This document shows, one piece after another, positions 1 through 13,605 of a DNA stretch of 64,000 nt. The notes beneath the pieces are model-generated. The model was not told where the DNA came from. It did not search any database and was given only the letters and a program-made list of their open reading frames with translations. The stretch is from Catajapyx aquilonaris (lineage: Eukaryota): positions 1-64,000 of the forward strand of contig JYFJ02001944.1 of assembly GCA_000934665.2 (NCBI GenBank). Direction: 5' to 3'. Made by a program: the position numbers and the translations under genes. The number at the start of each line of letters is the position of its first letter. The stretch's first letter is position 1.

Positions 1-1061
1 GCCATTTCAAGGATGTCAATGGCATACTCAGTGTTCAGCATGCTGAGGGAACTATTGGTGACTCCTCTCACGATGTCGCCCACATTTCCTCTCCAAGTAC
101 CGTTGGGATACTTATTCTTGAAATCAACTCCTGTAACAGCTGTGGTAAAGACAACCATTTTGCAGTTAATTTTTTCTTCCGCTAAAATGAGTCCTCTCTC
201 CAGCGGATGTAATGATATTGAACCCAAACGTTTCACTCTGTCCTTGGCCTCGTCCAAATCTGCTGAAAAATAACTCCCCATCACCACCTCCCTTCCGTTG
301 AGGTTCCGGGTCATGTCCGGGAAGAGGTCTCTTCCCCTGACCTCCTGACCTCGGTAGAGCCCGAAGTCCACGATGGCAGGCTGGCCCCGATCGCAGAAGA
401 AGCAGACGGAGGTGAGCCTGAGTCCCCTGCCCCCCTGCCCTTGAGCCGGAGTGGCCATGAGCTTGAACCTGACCCCTGAGGCCATGGTGTCTGAGAGAAG
501 GGCCTGGTCCATCGCAACACGAGTGGTGTTTGAGGATGTGGAGAAGAAGAAGAAGGGGTCGTGTAGGTTCCTGACCCGGAGGGAGGAGGAGGCGTGGACC
601 AGGAGAGGGGAGAAGAGGGGAGGGAGGGATGGGAGTGGTGGAGATGACGACGGACCAAGGAGGAGGATGTTGAAGGCGCAGGGTGGTCCTGGACTGGTGG
701 ACCTGGACCTCATCTCTAAGGGCATGCTGGTGAAGGAGAAGGGCTCCTCCTGCGTGACCCCTGCTGACCCTGGTGAAGATGATGGTGATGGGTGGGAGGA
801 GGAGGAAGAGGAAGAGTCCTCCATCACGGTGGTCACCACCACTCTCTCCGCACTCCCTCGGGTCAGGAGGCCACGGATCCAGTCCACTGGGACCCTCTTG
901 TCCTCCCTCACTATCACTATCCCACACTTGACGAAGGACTCGTCCCACACAAGGTCCTGAAGTAAGGAGACCAATAGTGGATGTTCTTTTCCCCACAATT
1001 CAATAGTTGTGGTTACATGGACAGTGATAGAAAGCCACACAACAACCGCACTTAACTGCAT
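1..1061 (-). CDS. Divergent ionotropic receptor (IR, iGluR superfamily), N-terminal part; truncated by the window edge
   Basis: The frame is open from ATG 1061 to position 1 with no stop, so the ORF track omits it. It has a hydrophobic N-terminus MQLSAVVVWLSITV and the motifs SVCFFCDRGQP, DLFPDMTRNLNGREVV and YPNGTWRGNVGDIVRG, which are typical of the IR/iGluR S1 lobe region. Confidence 0.85.
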   Translation of the reverse strand, partial: MQLSAVVVWLSITVHVTTTIELWGKEHPLLVSLLQDLVWDESFVKCGIVIVREDKRVPVDWIRGLLTRGSAERVVVTTVMEDSSSSSSSHPSPSSSPGSAGVTQEEPFSFTSMPLEMRSRSTSPGPPCAFNILLLGPSSSPPLPSLPPLFSPLLVHASSSLRVRNLHDPFFFFSTSSNTTRVAMDQALLSDTMASGVRFKLMATPAQGQGGRGLRLTSVCFFCDRGQPAIVDFGLYRGQEVRGRDLFPDMTRNLNGREVVMGSYFSADLDEAKDRVKRLGSISLHPLERGLILAEEKINCKMVVFTTAVTGVDFKNKYPNGTWRGNVGDIVRGVTNSSLSMLNTEYAIDILEM

Positions 1062-1109
1062 TGTTACAAGTAATGCCGTGGTGTCTGATGAGAGCTGATA
1101 TTTAGAATG

Positions 1110-1141
1110 AACTGAAAGTCGCACACGTTTGTCGGTTTATA
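1110..1141 (-). promoter_or_regulatory. Candidate core promoter (TATA + Inr) of the IR gene
   Basis: Minus-strand TATAAA at 1141-1136 and arthropod Inr TCAGTT at 1115-1110, about 28 bp apart and about 50 bp upstream of the ATG. Confidence 0.4.
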
Positions 1142-3373
1142 GACAACAAGGCACCGCATTCTCTCCCCACCCTAGTGAGTTTAACGGGTCTTTAAATTAG
1201 TATGTGCAAGTACATGCGGATGGCAATAAAAATAATTGCAACATCTGTTTGGTAGTTGGCATAGTAACAATCTCAACTACACGAATCTACATGACGTTAC
1301 CTTCCCCTAATATGCAATTTCCATTCATTATGTATTATTCCAGTGGTGTCGGATCTGCATTACCTGTGTATAGCTTAACAATAAATTGACTACACAGACC
1401 CCTCCCAAATCATACACTAGTTCGCACTGACAAGGAAATTGCGCTTTAAAAATGACATGGAGCACACTTCATACTGTCATTATTATCAACCGTGTTTCTG
1501 ACTTTTCCTAGTTACGGAGGTGCAGTGCCGGCCCCGACTGTGGGACTTGTTCATTTTGCATACATGTCCACTCGTGGTTATTAATAACTGTCATTAATAA
1601 CAGTTATTAGCTCTTGCTCGCACTAATGAAAAAATACCCGTTGCGAGGAGACCAATTAGCATGAGTCAAGAAGTGTCCGTTCTCGTGCGAGAAGTCGACT
1701 GTTTGCGGATATGAGAATGGACCTTAATTATTCTCCGAATATAACAGGGAGAATCATAATAGTTGTATTCTGTGGCTGTACAATCTACATACACTACGGT
1801 AATACAACAGTGTTAAGTCAGTTTTAAATAATAAAACTCCTGGTAGTTTCTTGACTTGTTTTATTGTCCAGATAACACTACCGTAAGCAAATCAATAACT
1901 TAAAATATCCAAAATTCTACTACTCAATGGTGTCAATCACATACATATCAGCGCTACAGTGCCTTTTTACAATTTTTTTATAGAAAATCTACCCCCAGGC
2001 TGGAAGAGGAAATAAATGCATATCATTCCTCCTGCACGCACTCCAAAATTTCCTGAACAAAAAATAAACCGTGGCTTATTTTAAACAATTCCTTAAACTG
2101 CTTAAAGCAAAGAAGAAGGCACATGTGCAGTTGAATATATCCTGTAAATCTCTTATAACATCTATGTCACGCGAGAAATTATTATATTTGAGTGCATTCC
2201 TTCAAAGAAGCTGCATGACAAACACTGTGACCTTTTTTGTTTTTAAAGATTAATCGAGTCCACCCAAAAAAAATTCAGACATTTCAATCATTTCGGGATG
2301 ATTCAACGGCCATTTCCAACAACTTATCAATATCACATATTTTCATTTACAGTCACTGTCAGGAAGCAAAAAAACAATACCCACGTGGGAATAGTCGTTC
2401 ATAATTCTAAAACATTATTATTAAATATGAAATAAATAAGTTGATAGCTTATGGCCATTGATTTATCCTGAAAATTATAGGAAGTAATCATTGTGTATAC
2501 GATGATCACTCGTATGATCACACAGAGAGTTTAGTGTCAGGTCACAATGACTGTTAATGATCAATGTATGGTACAGTGGCATGAACATTAAAATAATGTC
2601 ATCGTGCAGACACTTTAAATTATGTTGAGTAGTTTTCAGCTCATTTATTAAAATTTATTTCCAAATTTGAAACCGCCCATATTCGAATAGTTATATTGCT
2701 TCAGTCAATCACTTTTCTTCTTGTAAGATTGAATCAAGTTTCAGTAGGTCAGTCAATTTTGGAAGTAATTTTTTCATCGTTACTGGGAACAATATTAAAA
2801 CTCAAATTGGCTGTCTAATTAATATAAGAAACGAATTGACTCATTTAATTGTAGGTGAAAGAGAAAACTTGCAGCGTAGGGTTTAAACATTGTAGTGTTA
2901 TTTATTCAAATTTATTAAAATAATCACCCAACTCTTTTGTCTTCAGTTGGCAATTCCGTTAAGAAATATTTCTGTGAATCTGTTTAAAAATTATAGTCAG
3001 CGAGAGAGAATAATAATTATTTACTTAATAACTCCTCGGGTCAATCTAATGTAAATGATTTTAACTCAAATTCACAAGGAAAAGGCCAGACAAAATTTGA
3101 GCTGAAACCATCGGAAATAATAATAGGCCTATACTAAAAATATTTTGCATGAAATTGTCAGGATTTCATGGGTGGTCATCGAACAATATCAAGGCTCAAT
3201 ATCATTTTTTCAGTTAAAAACACTGCAGCCTGTTTTTTTTTATATAAAAAAAGTTTCCAAGCAGTTTAAAATGAGCATTTAGGACACCTCACCTCATCCT
3301 GATCATATGACGCGGAAATGACGCGTCTTATTTTCTTCTTCCTTCCAATTAAATGCGCCGAATTTCACAAGAG

Positions 3374-6300
3374 TCAATCTTCATCATCCTGACCAGACGA
3401 CGAACCCGTCTGAAACCCGCTTCTGATTCCAAAGCTAGGGTTCGGGTACAGGCGATCATACACGTTACGAAACATGACTTCTGAGGTGCTTCCGTACATG
3501 GGCCGACCTGGAGGTGTCGCCTGTGTCGCAGCCGCCAGTGCAGACGGAATGGACGGCGTCGTGGCCATGACCGCCCCTTGTTTCCTCCACTTCCTTCGAC
3601 GACTCCGGTAGAACAGAAGAAACCCTGCGGCCACGCCTAAGTTGGCCATCATCACCATGGCGATGCAGGCGGCTAACGTAGACTTGGGTGTGCACACGTA
3701 GTCTGGTTCGACTGCATCGGGTATGTCCGGCATAGGCTGACCGTCCGGTGCAAGTCGGACAGTCGGACGGGACGGAAACTCGTTTGGTAGCATGTCTTCG
3801 CCGACCACTAGTTTGAGCTGGAGTGGTAAGGACTCCGGTACGTCGTTATCAGGTCGTTGCGTTGTGGTCGAAGGTACGGTGCTGCGTAGCTCGGTCGTGG
3901 TTTCCAGGTCGTTACGTGGTGGGTCGTACCTGACATCGTGTGGAAACCATGTGTCGTTGGGCTGCTGCCAATCAGGTCCGGAAGCTCCCAGTTCAACCAC
4001 ATCCGCTTGTACTTCCGGTTCGGATTCACCGCTACCTTCAATGTACGGCGGCACTGTCGTCGTGGTTGTCGTAGTCGTCGTTGACATTGTTGTGGTCGTC
4101 GAAGTGGTCGTTGATGTGGAAATGGTGGTGTCTTCCACCATATCTTCCTCAGTACCATTCACGGACCTTCGTCTTCGTCCGAATGAATCACGTCCACCAG
4201 CGCACCGTACCGGCTCGCATATGTCCTGACAGAACTGTACGGTCGCAACAAAGTGCACCACAGAAGTGGATGGGAAACGGAATGCCTTGAAGTACGTAAT
4301 CAGTGAGCGTGTACCCCTCTCCAGTTCCAACGCAGGGAATATTCCTGGATCTCTCGGACATCTGAAACACAACGCAATCAGTCAATTGCTCAGTACCGTA
4401 CTGACATGTATACATACCCGATATTGTCCAACAACGTTAGAAGCTCCCCGTTTTCAGTCCTGGCTTCCAGATTCCGGACAAAAATTCCAAAAGCTGAGAG
4501 AGGATCGATGTCTATTCGAAGTATGAGTTCTTCTCCTAGTCCAACGGTGACCGCGTCTTCACCTGACCTTAGAAGTATCCGCATCCGTACGTTCGGAGCA
4601 GGTGCAGTGTTGGTCACCAGGTTTGTGTCGGACGGACGGAACGGTACGCTGGAAATAGGTACATAAGTTAAGGTGTTCAACTTACGGTATGGGCGACCAT
4701 ACTTGACGCTGATTCCTCCACCGTCTTGATGCCTGGAACCTCCAGGGGAGTACGACACGGTTTGGTCCGCTGCATCGAATGAGCATTCGACTCTGACTGT
4801 CTTGTCCGTTTCCTGCATGATGACCGGATTCTGCTGGACCACAACGTGGTTAACATACTTGCCTCGTCCTTGCTGCACCGTGCCGCATCGTGTACCCAAC
4901 GGTACTCGCAGCACAACCTGGTTCTGTCCATCGCCCATTTCAAAACATGCCTGTGGGTTACCCGTTGCAAACACACGACCTTGGAATCCGGTACCGAAGA
5001 AGATGGTCACCAGCATCTCCGATTGGGTACACTCAACTCGTACTGAAAATGAGACATTGTCATCAATTTCGTCAGACAATACGCACATTGGTACTTACCA
5101 TTGTTGCAGCTTCCTCTTTCGCCATAGAAGAAATCGCGGTCTATGGGCAATGAGTTTCGGTCCTTTTCGGTACTGTAACTGTCGTCACCGGTCAACAGAC
5201 ATTCTCGTCTGTACTCGTTGAAGTTGAAGGCCCTGCACTTGAAGTCCCGTTCCTCCAGACATGCCCGTTTGCAATCGTCGGCGGAGAATACTCTGGATAC
5301 CATCTTGTCCGCATGGGGCAAGAACCGACCTGGAAGATCCATGAACTCACACTGCGGTGGGTCCTCAGCACAATCGTTCTCCATGTACTCCACATCCGGA
5401 CCTGAACGACGGTAGCTCTCGGGTCTGGTACGACGTGTGTCTGGACTCATCCTGCACAGTCTTTCTCTCGGGTAGTACGTAGCTGACCTGCATGGCATAC
5501 GTGCTTCTCGGATACATTCGGTCAGACACTGCAGACGGTGTAGGACGTTGGGTACTTCGAAGTCCGAGTTTCCGATGTTCTGCAGCTCGTACCCTGGTAC
5601 TCTCGTGCTGACCCAACCTTTTCCGCATCCACGTTCTGCAATACAATTTGATTAGGAAGGAGCCAAAGCGAAGATACCACCGGCATATCTCTTCGGGGTC
5701 ACGGGAGAAACACAGGAGGTCACACCAGTGAACGTACGTACCTCTAAGGCAGACCTTCTCGAAGTGCACTAGTTCGGCCGCCGGTTGCAGGTCAGACCGG
5801 TCCATCAACGACGTTCGGTCCACTCCGTAGCATCTCTGCCGGTACCCTCTGACCGTCTCGACGCTGACGCCCATGCATCGCTCACCGAGACGCTCGCACT
5901 CTCTGAGGCACTCCATGGTCAATCCGATGTCCGCCGATGTCCGTAACGCTTCACGTCGTCCACCGTTGTACGTGTATCCGACCACCTTTTCGTACACGAC
6001 CGTGTTGCGGCATCGGTCTGGCGAGTAGTCGCCTTCGAGATAACCAGGGAACTGGTCTGGGTATCTGTCAGGGAACCTGTCCGGATATCGATCTGGCTGC
6101 CGATCTGGGTAGCGATCCGGGTACCTCGGACGGTCATTTGGAGGGTACAGATGGTCTGGTCGTAGAGGTCGGGTCGGGTACTTGTCAGGTCGAGGATAAT
6201 CCTGATTCGGGTACTGGTCCGGGTACAAAGGACGTGGGTTCGGTGGGGGCCGGTACGGATCAGGACGAGGGTAGTCAGGACGAGGGTACTTTTCAGATGG

Positions 6301-9300
6301 ACGTGGGTACGGATCTGGTCGTGGGTATGGGTCGGGGCGTGGGTATGGGTCGGGGCGTGGGTACGGATCGCGGTCTGGAGGATACCCAGAATCGGGTGGC
6401 AACCCGGAGCAGTCTCGTTCGACAGACACAGCTCCGGTTAGAAACTGGTGCGAATTACCACCGCTGGAGAGGGTATCGCCGCTCAGTAGACACGGACGTC
6501 CTTCCAGTACATTCTGAAAAAATACGCCATAAGATCTGTGAGATACCAAGTGTACGGTACTACTTACCGTTCCCAGGAAAGAGTACGACCTGCATCGGAA
6601 CGTTCGTTCTTCGTCGCAGGCTCGCTGACAGTTGGTTTCACTGTATGCACCCACAGCTTTGGTGACGTACACCAAACGACGGTTTTGCTGCTGGTGACGG
6701 TACACGCATCGACGTGGTTCTGCAATTGTCGAAAATTACACGTGAAAAATTGTTCAAACTCCGTTAATACCGCAAGCAACTTACGAGGAGAACACTGGTT
6801 TTCAAGGTAGATCATGTCCGCTGTTGCAACGTACGCTTTTGGTAGAGTGTACTTATCCTCAGTGCACAGACGACATTCCCTCCGTACAATGTCGTAGTTA
6901 GCTGCCCTGCACATAAACCTCCTTTCCTGCAAACACCTGTCCGCACATTCGTCTTTGGTCACACCACGGTAAATTTCACGTTCTGAATCCTTCATCTGGA
7001 AGTTCGGTATGGCCTCGAACGACCACAGCAGTCCACATCCTCCTCCTGTCAATTACAATGTTAATAATAACACATCGTCATCATTGAGTCACACGTACCT
7101 TTAAGACAGACTCCTTCGTAGTACCCGACACCGGTGCTTGGTCTGAGCCCCGTTTCGTCCTCTCTCGCTGCCTGCTCCAGTGCGACACACTCGTTCCTGT
7201 TGTAATCCAAGTTGAATGCAGCGCACAGAGGCTCACTCTGGCATCGTCTTATGCACTGCTCCACAATACCGTTCTCAGTTCCTCGTCCGAACAGCGGAAA
7301 AGTACGTCCGGTATGAAACAGTTCGTATCCAGTCACCTTTATAAACTCCAGTCGACCCAGCTCGCATCGGCCGACTGAAATTTTTGGGCATTAAACCAAA
7401 TGTCTTAGTTGAAGAGTACAGTACGTTACCTTGAGGATCTGTCCCTCCGTTGAACGGCCTGTCTGGATAGTGCGGTCCTTTTCCGTTTCCGCTTCCGTGT
7501 CCGTTCCCGTTTCCGTTTCCGTTTCCGTTGAACGCCTGGCACACCTTCATGAAGAGGTCGGTGCCTGGACGGTTTTGCTGTGAACTTTCGCCGGCTGACA
7601 CTGCAATAAATGTAGGTTTTACAGCAAGATTTTTTTGGCATGTCGGGGATTTTTTACGTAAGTCGGGATCTACGTAAGTCGAGACTACGTAAAGCAGGAT
7701 CTATGTAAGTCGAGACTACGTAAGACAGGATCTACGTAAGTCAAGACAGGATCAACGTAAGTGGAGGCTACGTAAGTCACGATCTATGAGACTACGTAAG
7801 TCAGGACCTACATAAGTCGAGTGTACGTAAGTCCGAAGTTGACTGTTTTAGTGTTTTTTTTTTGCCGCTTCCTTGAAATCATGGTTGTTGTTGTTGCGCC
7901 CGATGTCTTTCATCCTGGAAGCTGATCGTCCCTGCGTACAAGTGTGTCTTACGGGTTGCTCTGAATAGTCAGGATAACAACTTGGTTGCAATTGCATTGA
8001 ATGAGAGTGCGTCCGAGTGGGTGCATGGGCAAAGCCACATTAACGTTCGTTAGCCTGGGGGGCCACAAAACGTAATACAATACTGAGCGGTTATATATCC
8101 TACAATAAGTGTACCCACCTATGTCGTCGCTTGACAAGAAGCATTGTCCTCCGGTACCGTGAAACGCAGCAGACCTGCAGTGAAACTCCCTGTAGTCGCT
8201 GCACCTCCTCTGACACATGACCTCGTCCGTGACCGGAGTGACCACTGCCTCCAGGTACCTCGGATACGCGTTCTTGACCGTCATGAACCTGCATCGTGGG
8301 TCAGCTTCGACACACTGATTCTCTAGGTACTCCGATGACATGGGTGCGTCGGTGTATGCATCTGGACGTGACCTCCGATCCTCCCGGTACAACCTGCACT
8401 CCGTGGTGTCAGTCTGGTAGTCAGCGGACCTGCACCATCGCTCTCTCAAACAGGACTCCATACAATCGCGTCTGCTGGACACCAACGGAAGGGTACGGTC
8501 AGCAGGCATCTGCATCCTTTTCCCAGGACGTCGCTCGAAGGCCCAACCGCGACCTCTGCACTGCGGGAAGTGACCTCTCAGACATATCTTCTCAAAGTAG
8601 CTTTGACCTTCTCGGGGCACCAGTTCTTCTCCACGACCCTGCGAGTTCCGGTCCAGTTTGAGGCACCGCATCTGTCCGTAGTCCATCATGAAGGCCGGAC
8701 AGTCTGCTCCACCGTCCAGGCACTTCTCGATGCATTGTCTTATTATGCCCAGAGTGGACGGACCTCCAGCAAGTGTACTCTGTCGTGCTGACCTAAGAAA
8801 GTGGCTGGACACCTTCTCGAAAGTGAAGGTCCCTCCGTCGCAATTCGCTGAAAAATCAAACACGGTATACGTAAGTCGAGTATACGTGACTCGGACATTG
8901 CCTGATTTTGAGTACATAAATGAAAGAAAAAAGTGTTTCAATAATTCATCAGCGTTGTCAACTTGTCACTGTGAAGCATCCTGCACTGTTCGTATGAGGT
9001 CAGTTGCTGACCTACTTGACCGTTGGGCCGTCACGTTTTTCATTCTGACTTACTGTTAGCGCACATGAGTTCGCCGATGACCGGGTCCTTCTTGTGGGGT
9101 ATCTGGTTCGCCAGGTACGGTCCAGGTCGGTTCAGCAACTTGTCTGAACTCAGGTAGCACCGGTTCTCTTCTTCGACATACTTGTACGCCAGACATGGGA
9201 AGGCCCTCGTCTGAAACAATGAGTTCAGTACCTGGCAAGTTTGTGAGATGTTGAAACACATACCTCTTTGCAGAGTGTCTCACAGTCCTTCATGGTAGCT

Positions 9301-12300
9301 GAAAACTGGAGGTCATCTTTTGACCTCAGCATTGCTCCGTTTCGAGCCACGAACCGGCAGTCAGGCAATGCTTCAAATTAATTAATTAATTAATTTTAAA
9401 ACAATCCAACAAATGGAATGTGAGTGTAACAAACTGACTTACGTCTAGCACACTCGTTCTGGTAGTAATCAGTGGTGTTTCCAGGCAAGAACCGGAAGGC
9501 CTGAGGTTGTGTCCGGCTGTCCTCTGTGCTGAGACGACACTCCTTCCTTTGCTCGTCGTACTCGCAGGACCTGCAACTGAACGACTGCTCCTGCAAACAC
9601 ATCTTCTGGCACTCGATCTTTGACTGAACGTTCTGCTCTATCTTGTCGTCGTATCCGTCCAGACTGGCCGCCGGGACGCGCAGAAACGCCCAGAGTTTGT
9701 CGCGACACATGGCGTGAAAATCTGTGACTGTTGATGTGCATAAGACGTTGAGTTATACTGTACAGACACATTCGCATATGTGGACCATACCTCCTTTGAA
9801 GCAGACCTTCTCGAAATAGTTCATCTGATCAGCTGGCCTCAACATGTCACGTCGTGTCACAGTACTTTCCTCGAAACCTTCGCAAAACTCTCTCTCGTAA
9901 TCTGTAATGGTCATTCACATTACATGAAAAGTGGGTGCGCACTGATGGTAACTAATAGATGAATTGGCAGTACCGATGACAATAGCCTGGCAGTTGTTCT
10001 TCTGTCTGCATATCGAGATGCAGTCTCTCAACAGTGCAGATCCGGGTTGCTGCAGGAACCGCTTTCCAACCAGGTTGACCACCCCTGTGCTGGCCACCTT
10101 CTCGTACACCTCCACCCCTCCAAAACACTCGGCTAAACAATAGGAAGAGGAAGAAAAAAAAGAGAGTATGACTCACCCTGTCCAGTACAGGTAAAGTTCA
10201 AAGCACCATTCACGCAATGACTACTGTACAACAAGGTTTTTATGCATCCGGATAGAAAAAAATTTCACTCCGATTCCTGCTTACATTATTTCAAATGCGT
10301 CACTGAAATAATTCACGTGCTATGGATTGTTCGCCTCTAGCAACAATGAGGACAATTGTTACTTCTAATTATCGTGGAGTGAAATGCAGTAATAATTATT
10401 GCTTTTAATTACTTTTGTACTATGGGCCGTACCTTGTATAAAATTTGTTGAACAATAATTTGCAATAATTTTCTGATTTCACCAATAATATGAAAATGAC
10501 AATTATCTCTCCAGACACATAATTTGTACAGTATGGGTTTTAAAAACTCTCGAATATAAAGTGAACAAAAATATATTACCTGCTGCGAATGGCACGACAT
10601 TGGCAATCAGTATGAGACATGGCCACCACACAGACGGACATTTCCAGTTTAACCGGCGGCTCTGAAAATGTACAGCGACAATTGAACACAAAAAAATGCA
10701 CTTTCACAAAAAAAAGCCACTCTTTGTGCAGGTTAATGACACTTGGCTGATGTGGCCTCCGCCCTGGAAGATGAGATAACAATCAAGGTGTGGGGAGGGT
10801 GATGGGGGGAATAGGGTGCGAAATGGACGATGGAGGGGGTTCCCAGAAATACATGCATGAAATATTTGCGAGGGTTAATTTGCATTTAGTTTGCACGACA
10901 TCATGTAGTAAAAACTTTACATCGGAATCAAATTAATTCAGAGCTGGATCGACACCGCCCTGCTCTGTCAGAGGTACCTCAAACGTGACGAAATTCAATG
11001 GGGTGAATGACGCAAGATTTTGACATTTTCAGTTGAAAAAATTGCGTGATAGAAGTTCCTAAATATTGACGCGAATTAATTTGAGATGTAATGATTGTGT
11101 CCACACAAATCTTAACACGATAGTAAGGTGAAACAATGTAGCAAAAATAACAATACGTCAGTTAATCTGTGACTTTGCACGTTATATAATTATGGAATTA
11201 GAATGCACCTTTTATGTTTATGGGTTTCGGATTCATATTTCTCACGTTTTCTCAAAAATGAAGGCATGAACAGGTAGTGCACAGCACAGAAATTCAATGC
11301 AAATCATAAATCAATTTTAGTAACATTGGGAGGTATGTGGCTCTGAATAAAATTGTGACAATCTTTTATCCTATGAATAATGAAGGAGCTACAAAGGAAT
11401 AATAATAATTAACACAAATGTTCTAAAATTGAAGAAGTGATGTAAGTTCAATTGTGTGATACTATATAGGTGTACTTGTAAAATACCTTGGTTCTTTGGG
11501 CGATCGATTTTGTTCAGCTGACTTTGGTTACCCAACTTGAGTGCTGACGGTACATTTTTTTTTTCATAATAGAAAATTTGGGAATTTCGATTTTGTAACG
11601 CTGACAAAGCAGCTGGACAAACAAAAAAAATATTTAAATTATAATTATTTCTGGCATTGGTGAAAGTAATTGCCGATATCTCTACTGCGGCGACTATTCC
11701 GAATAATCCCTTCGGAATAATCGGTATATAATCGGTATATACATTTTAACCCCAGGTATGATTGTTGTCCCCTTCAGAGGATAGGCTACTTGTATGACTC
11801 CTGTACAAATGTTGGCTTTCATTTGTTCATTTATAAGGCTTAAAAAGTTATCAAAAAATCCGGCATACTTGGATTAGTATTTCATACACGAGTGAGGAAA
11901 TTTTCTGATAGGCCCAGTAGCTGTTTTTAAACTTTTGTCCTTACATTATCACCCTAAATTGAATTCGGATGGACGGGTATATCACTAATCCATTTCAAAA
12001 CTTAATAATTGAACCCATTAGGCCATTTTAAAAGACTCCCAAGGGCGTTGCAACTGTATGTCCTTTGTCAGGCACACGTGAAGAACCAAACTGCTGGAGG
12101 TTCTGCAACAGTTTTTAACATTATAATATGCAAAAATTTAATGTGCCTTTAGAATTTCAAAGTTACCGGAACTTAGAATTAAGATCTCTCCCAACAAGTC
12201 TGGTGTGCAAGTCTATAGTTATTGCCTGACAAGAGTGATATTTTTAGTGCCATTTTAAAATATTTTTGAGTGCCATTGTTTCTATTGTGGTGTCACTACT

Positions 12301-12696
12301 TACGACCTTGAATAACACACAGTACAGCATAGCAGAATAGGCTATAATTATGTTATAATCTGCCTTTTCACTGTCCTCTTCAGATAAATATAATTTACTA
12401 AAATCGGTTGCCCCATGAAAGTTAATAAAATGTTCGTCGAGAGTTTACCTCATTGGCATTACACTTTAAAAATACATTTGCACATATTGGAAGTACAGCA
12501 TCCATTTTTCCACACAATGTTTCACACCTTAAAAAGAGCACTACAACCTTTCACAAATAATTCTGGGTTTTAGCTATAGCCTAATAATTTTGTTCGGAGT
12601 TGTAACAAAATTCATGCTAAATCACTATGTTCAATGATGCATTGCTCCCTAGGTACTGTACGTTAAAGAAAGTACATGATTACTGCAATTCATTAA

Positions 12697-12749
<53 letters not shown>

Positions 12750-13497
12750 GCTAGTGGCTTGTGGCTATAATTTTAACTCCACCGCCCTTCTATTCGAGGT
12801 TCCTTCTGATGCAAATGCCCATTGAAGGTCGCTGCACCAGGCACATAATGACTTGCAAATAAAAATAGCTGCCATAACAAATTGTGAAAAGAAAAAAACC
12901 CTCCGCAAATTATCCCTTATTCCGTGTCCTTTGAATAAAGCCAAGGCTTAAAAATCGGAGGTCCTCCAAACAGTCGGAATTCGTGAATATCCGACACGTC
13001 CCATTTACAGTGCAACCGGTAGAGAGGCAGTCATCACACGCCCAAAAAGTCCTCCCATCGGAATGCACGACATGTCCACATTAGCGTCGCAACGTTTTTT
13101 TTTTATACGTCCCCATTTTTGTTATTATTATTTTTGGATGGCTTTTTTTAAAAAAAGTGAGATCAGAGCATTCTGGCGACCTGGCCGTGCAACTAAAAAG
13201 TGTTCCATACGCAAAAAAAATATATATAACGGGTTTATCTAGTTTGTTGATCTCCGGAAGTTTGGAGGATTATCTGTCACCAAAATCATCCTTGACGTAA
13301 CTGAAGCGCGTCCCTAGCTTTCCTTTTGTCATATTTGTACAAATGGCCTTCAACATTTTTAAAACTAATTTGGGGTGTCATAAAGTGAATGGTCCGTCCG
13401 TTTCATTTGTTTATGGAAATTCCCTCACAAGGTTGCATATATTTTGTTTGTTAATATAATGAGGTGTTGAAATATTTACCTTTCTCTTGTGTCTCAT
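3374..13497 (-). CDS. NompA-like PAN/Apple + ZP domain transmembrane apical-matrix protein (multi-exon)
   Basis: Candidate exon 13497-13480 (MRHKRK) splices in phase to 10662-10580 (signal peptide WWPCLILIANVVPFAA). About 12 PAN modules follow in exons from 10132 to ~5100 (YFEKVC, WAFERRPG, YLENQC). Then come a ZP domain (VRVECTQSEML...TVQFCQDICEPVRC), a furin-like RRRRS site, a Thr-rich stalk, a TM helix (AACIAMVMMANLGVAAGFLLFY) and a cytoplasmic tail. Stop at 3374. The first exon is tentative; another in-frame ATG lies at 13518. Confidence 0.9.
6030..6400 (-). repeat. Coding Pro/Asp/Arg/Tyr repeat (RPDPYP and PDRY units) inside the PAN-ZP protein
   Basis: 18-bp tandem units encode RPDPYP, followed by YPDR/FPDR units, in ORF 5365..6705. 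Confidence 0.9.
7657..7846. repeat. Intronic minisatellite of ~15-16 bp TACGTAAGTC-core units, copy 1
   Basis: Repeated TACGTAAGTCGAGAC / TACGTAAGTCGGGATC units ending in GACTGT. Confidence 0.85.
12698..12748. repeat. (TTA)n microsatellite
   Basis: About 17 uninterrupted TTA units. Confidence 0.95.
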
Positions 13498-13605
13498 TTC
13501 GATGGTTCGTAGGGGCATGTGATGTCAAAAGTGCAAACCAGGTCAAACGGGGTCACTCCCACATGACACTACCATGTTCCACACTCTCACTTATCCCACA
13601 AAAAA

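Noticed and set aside
166..996. 276-aa minus ORF and overlapping ORFs 311..658 and 451..960
   Set aside because: Shadow frames of the GC-rich IR gene; the third minus frame carries the recognisable motifs.
10177..10230. Possible extra exon of the PAN-ZP gene ending in GTGAGT
   Set aside because: The available acceptors give an in-frame TGA, and exon 10580 joins 10132 directly in phase.
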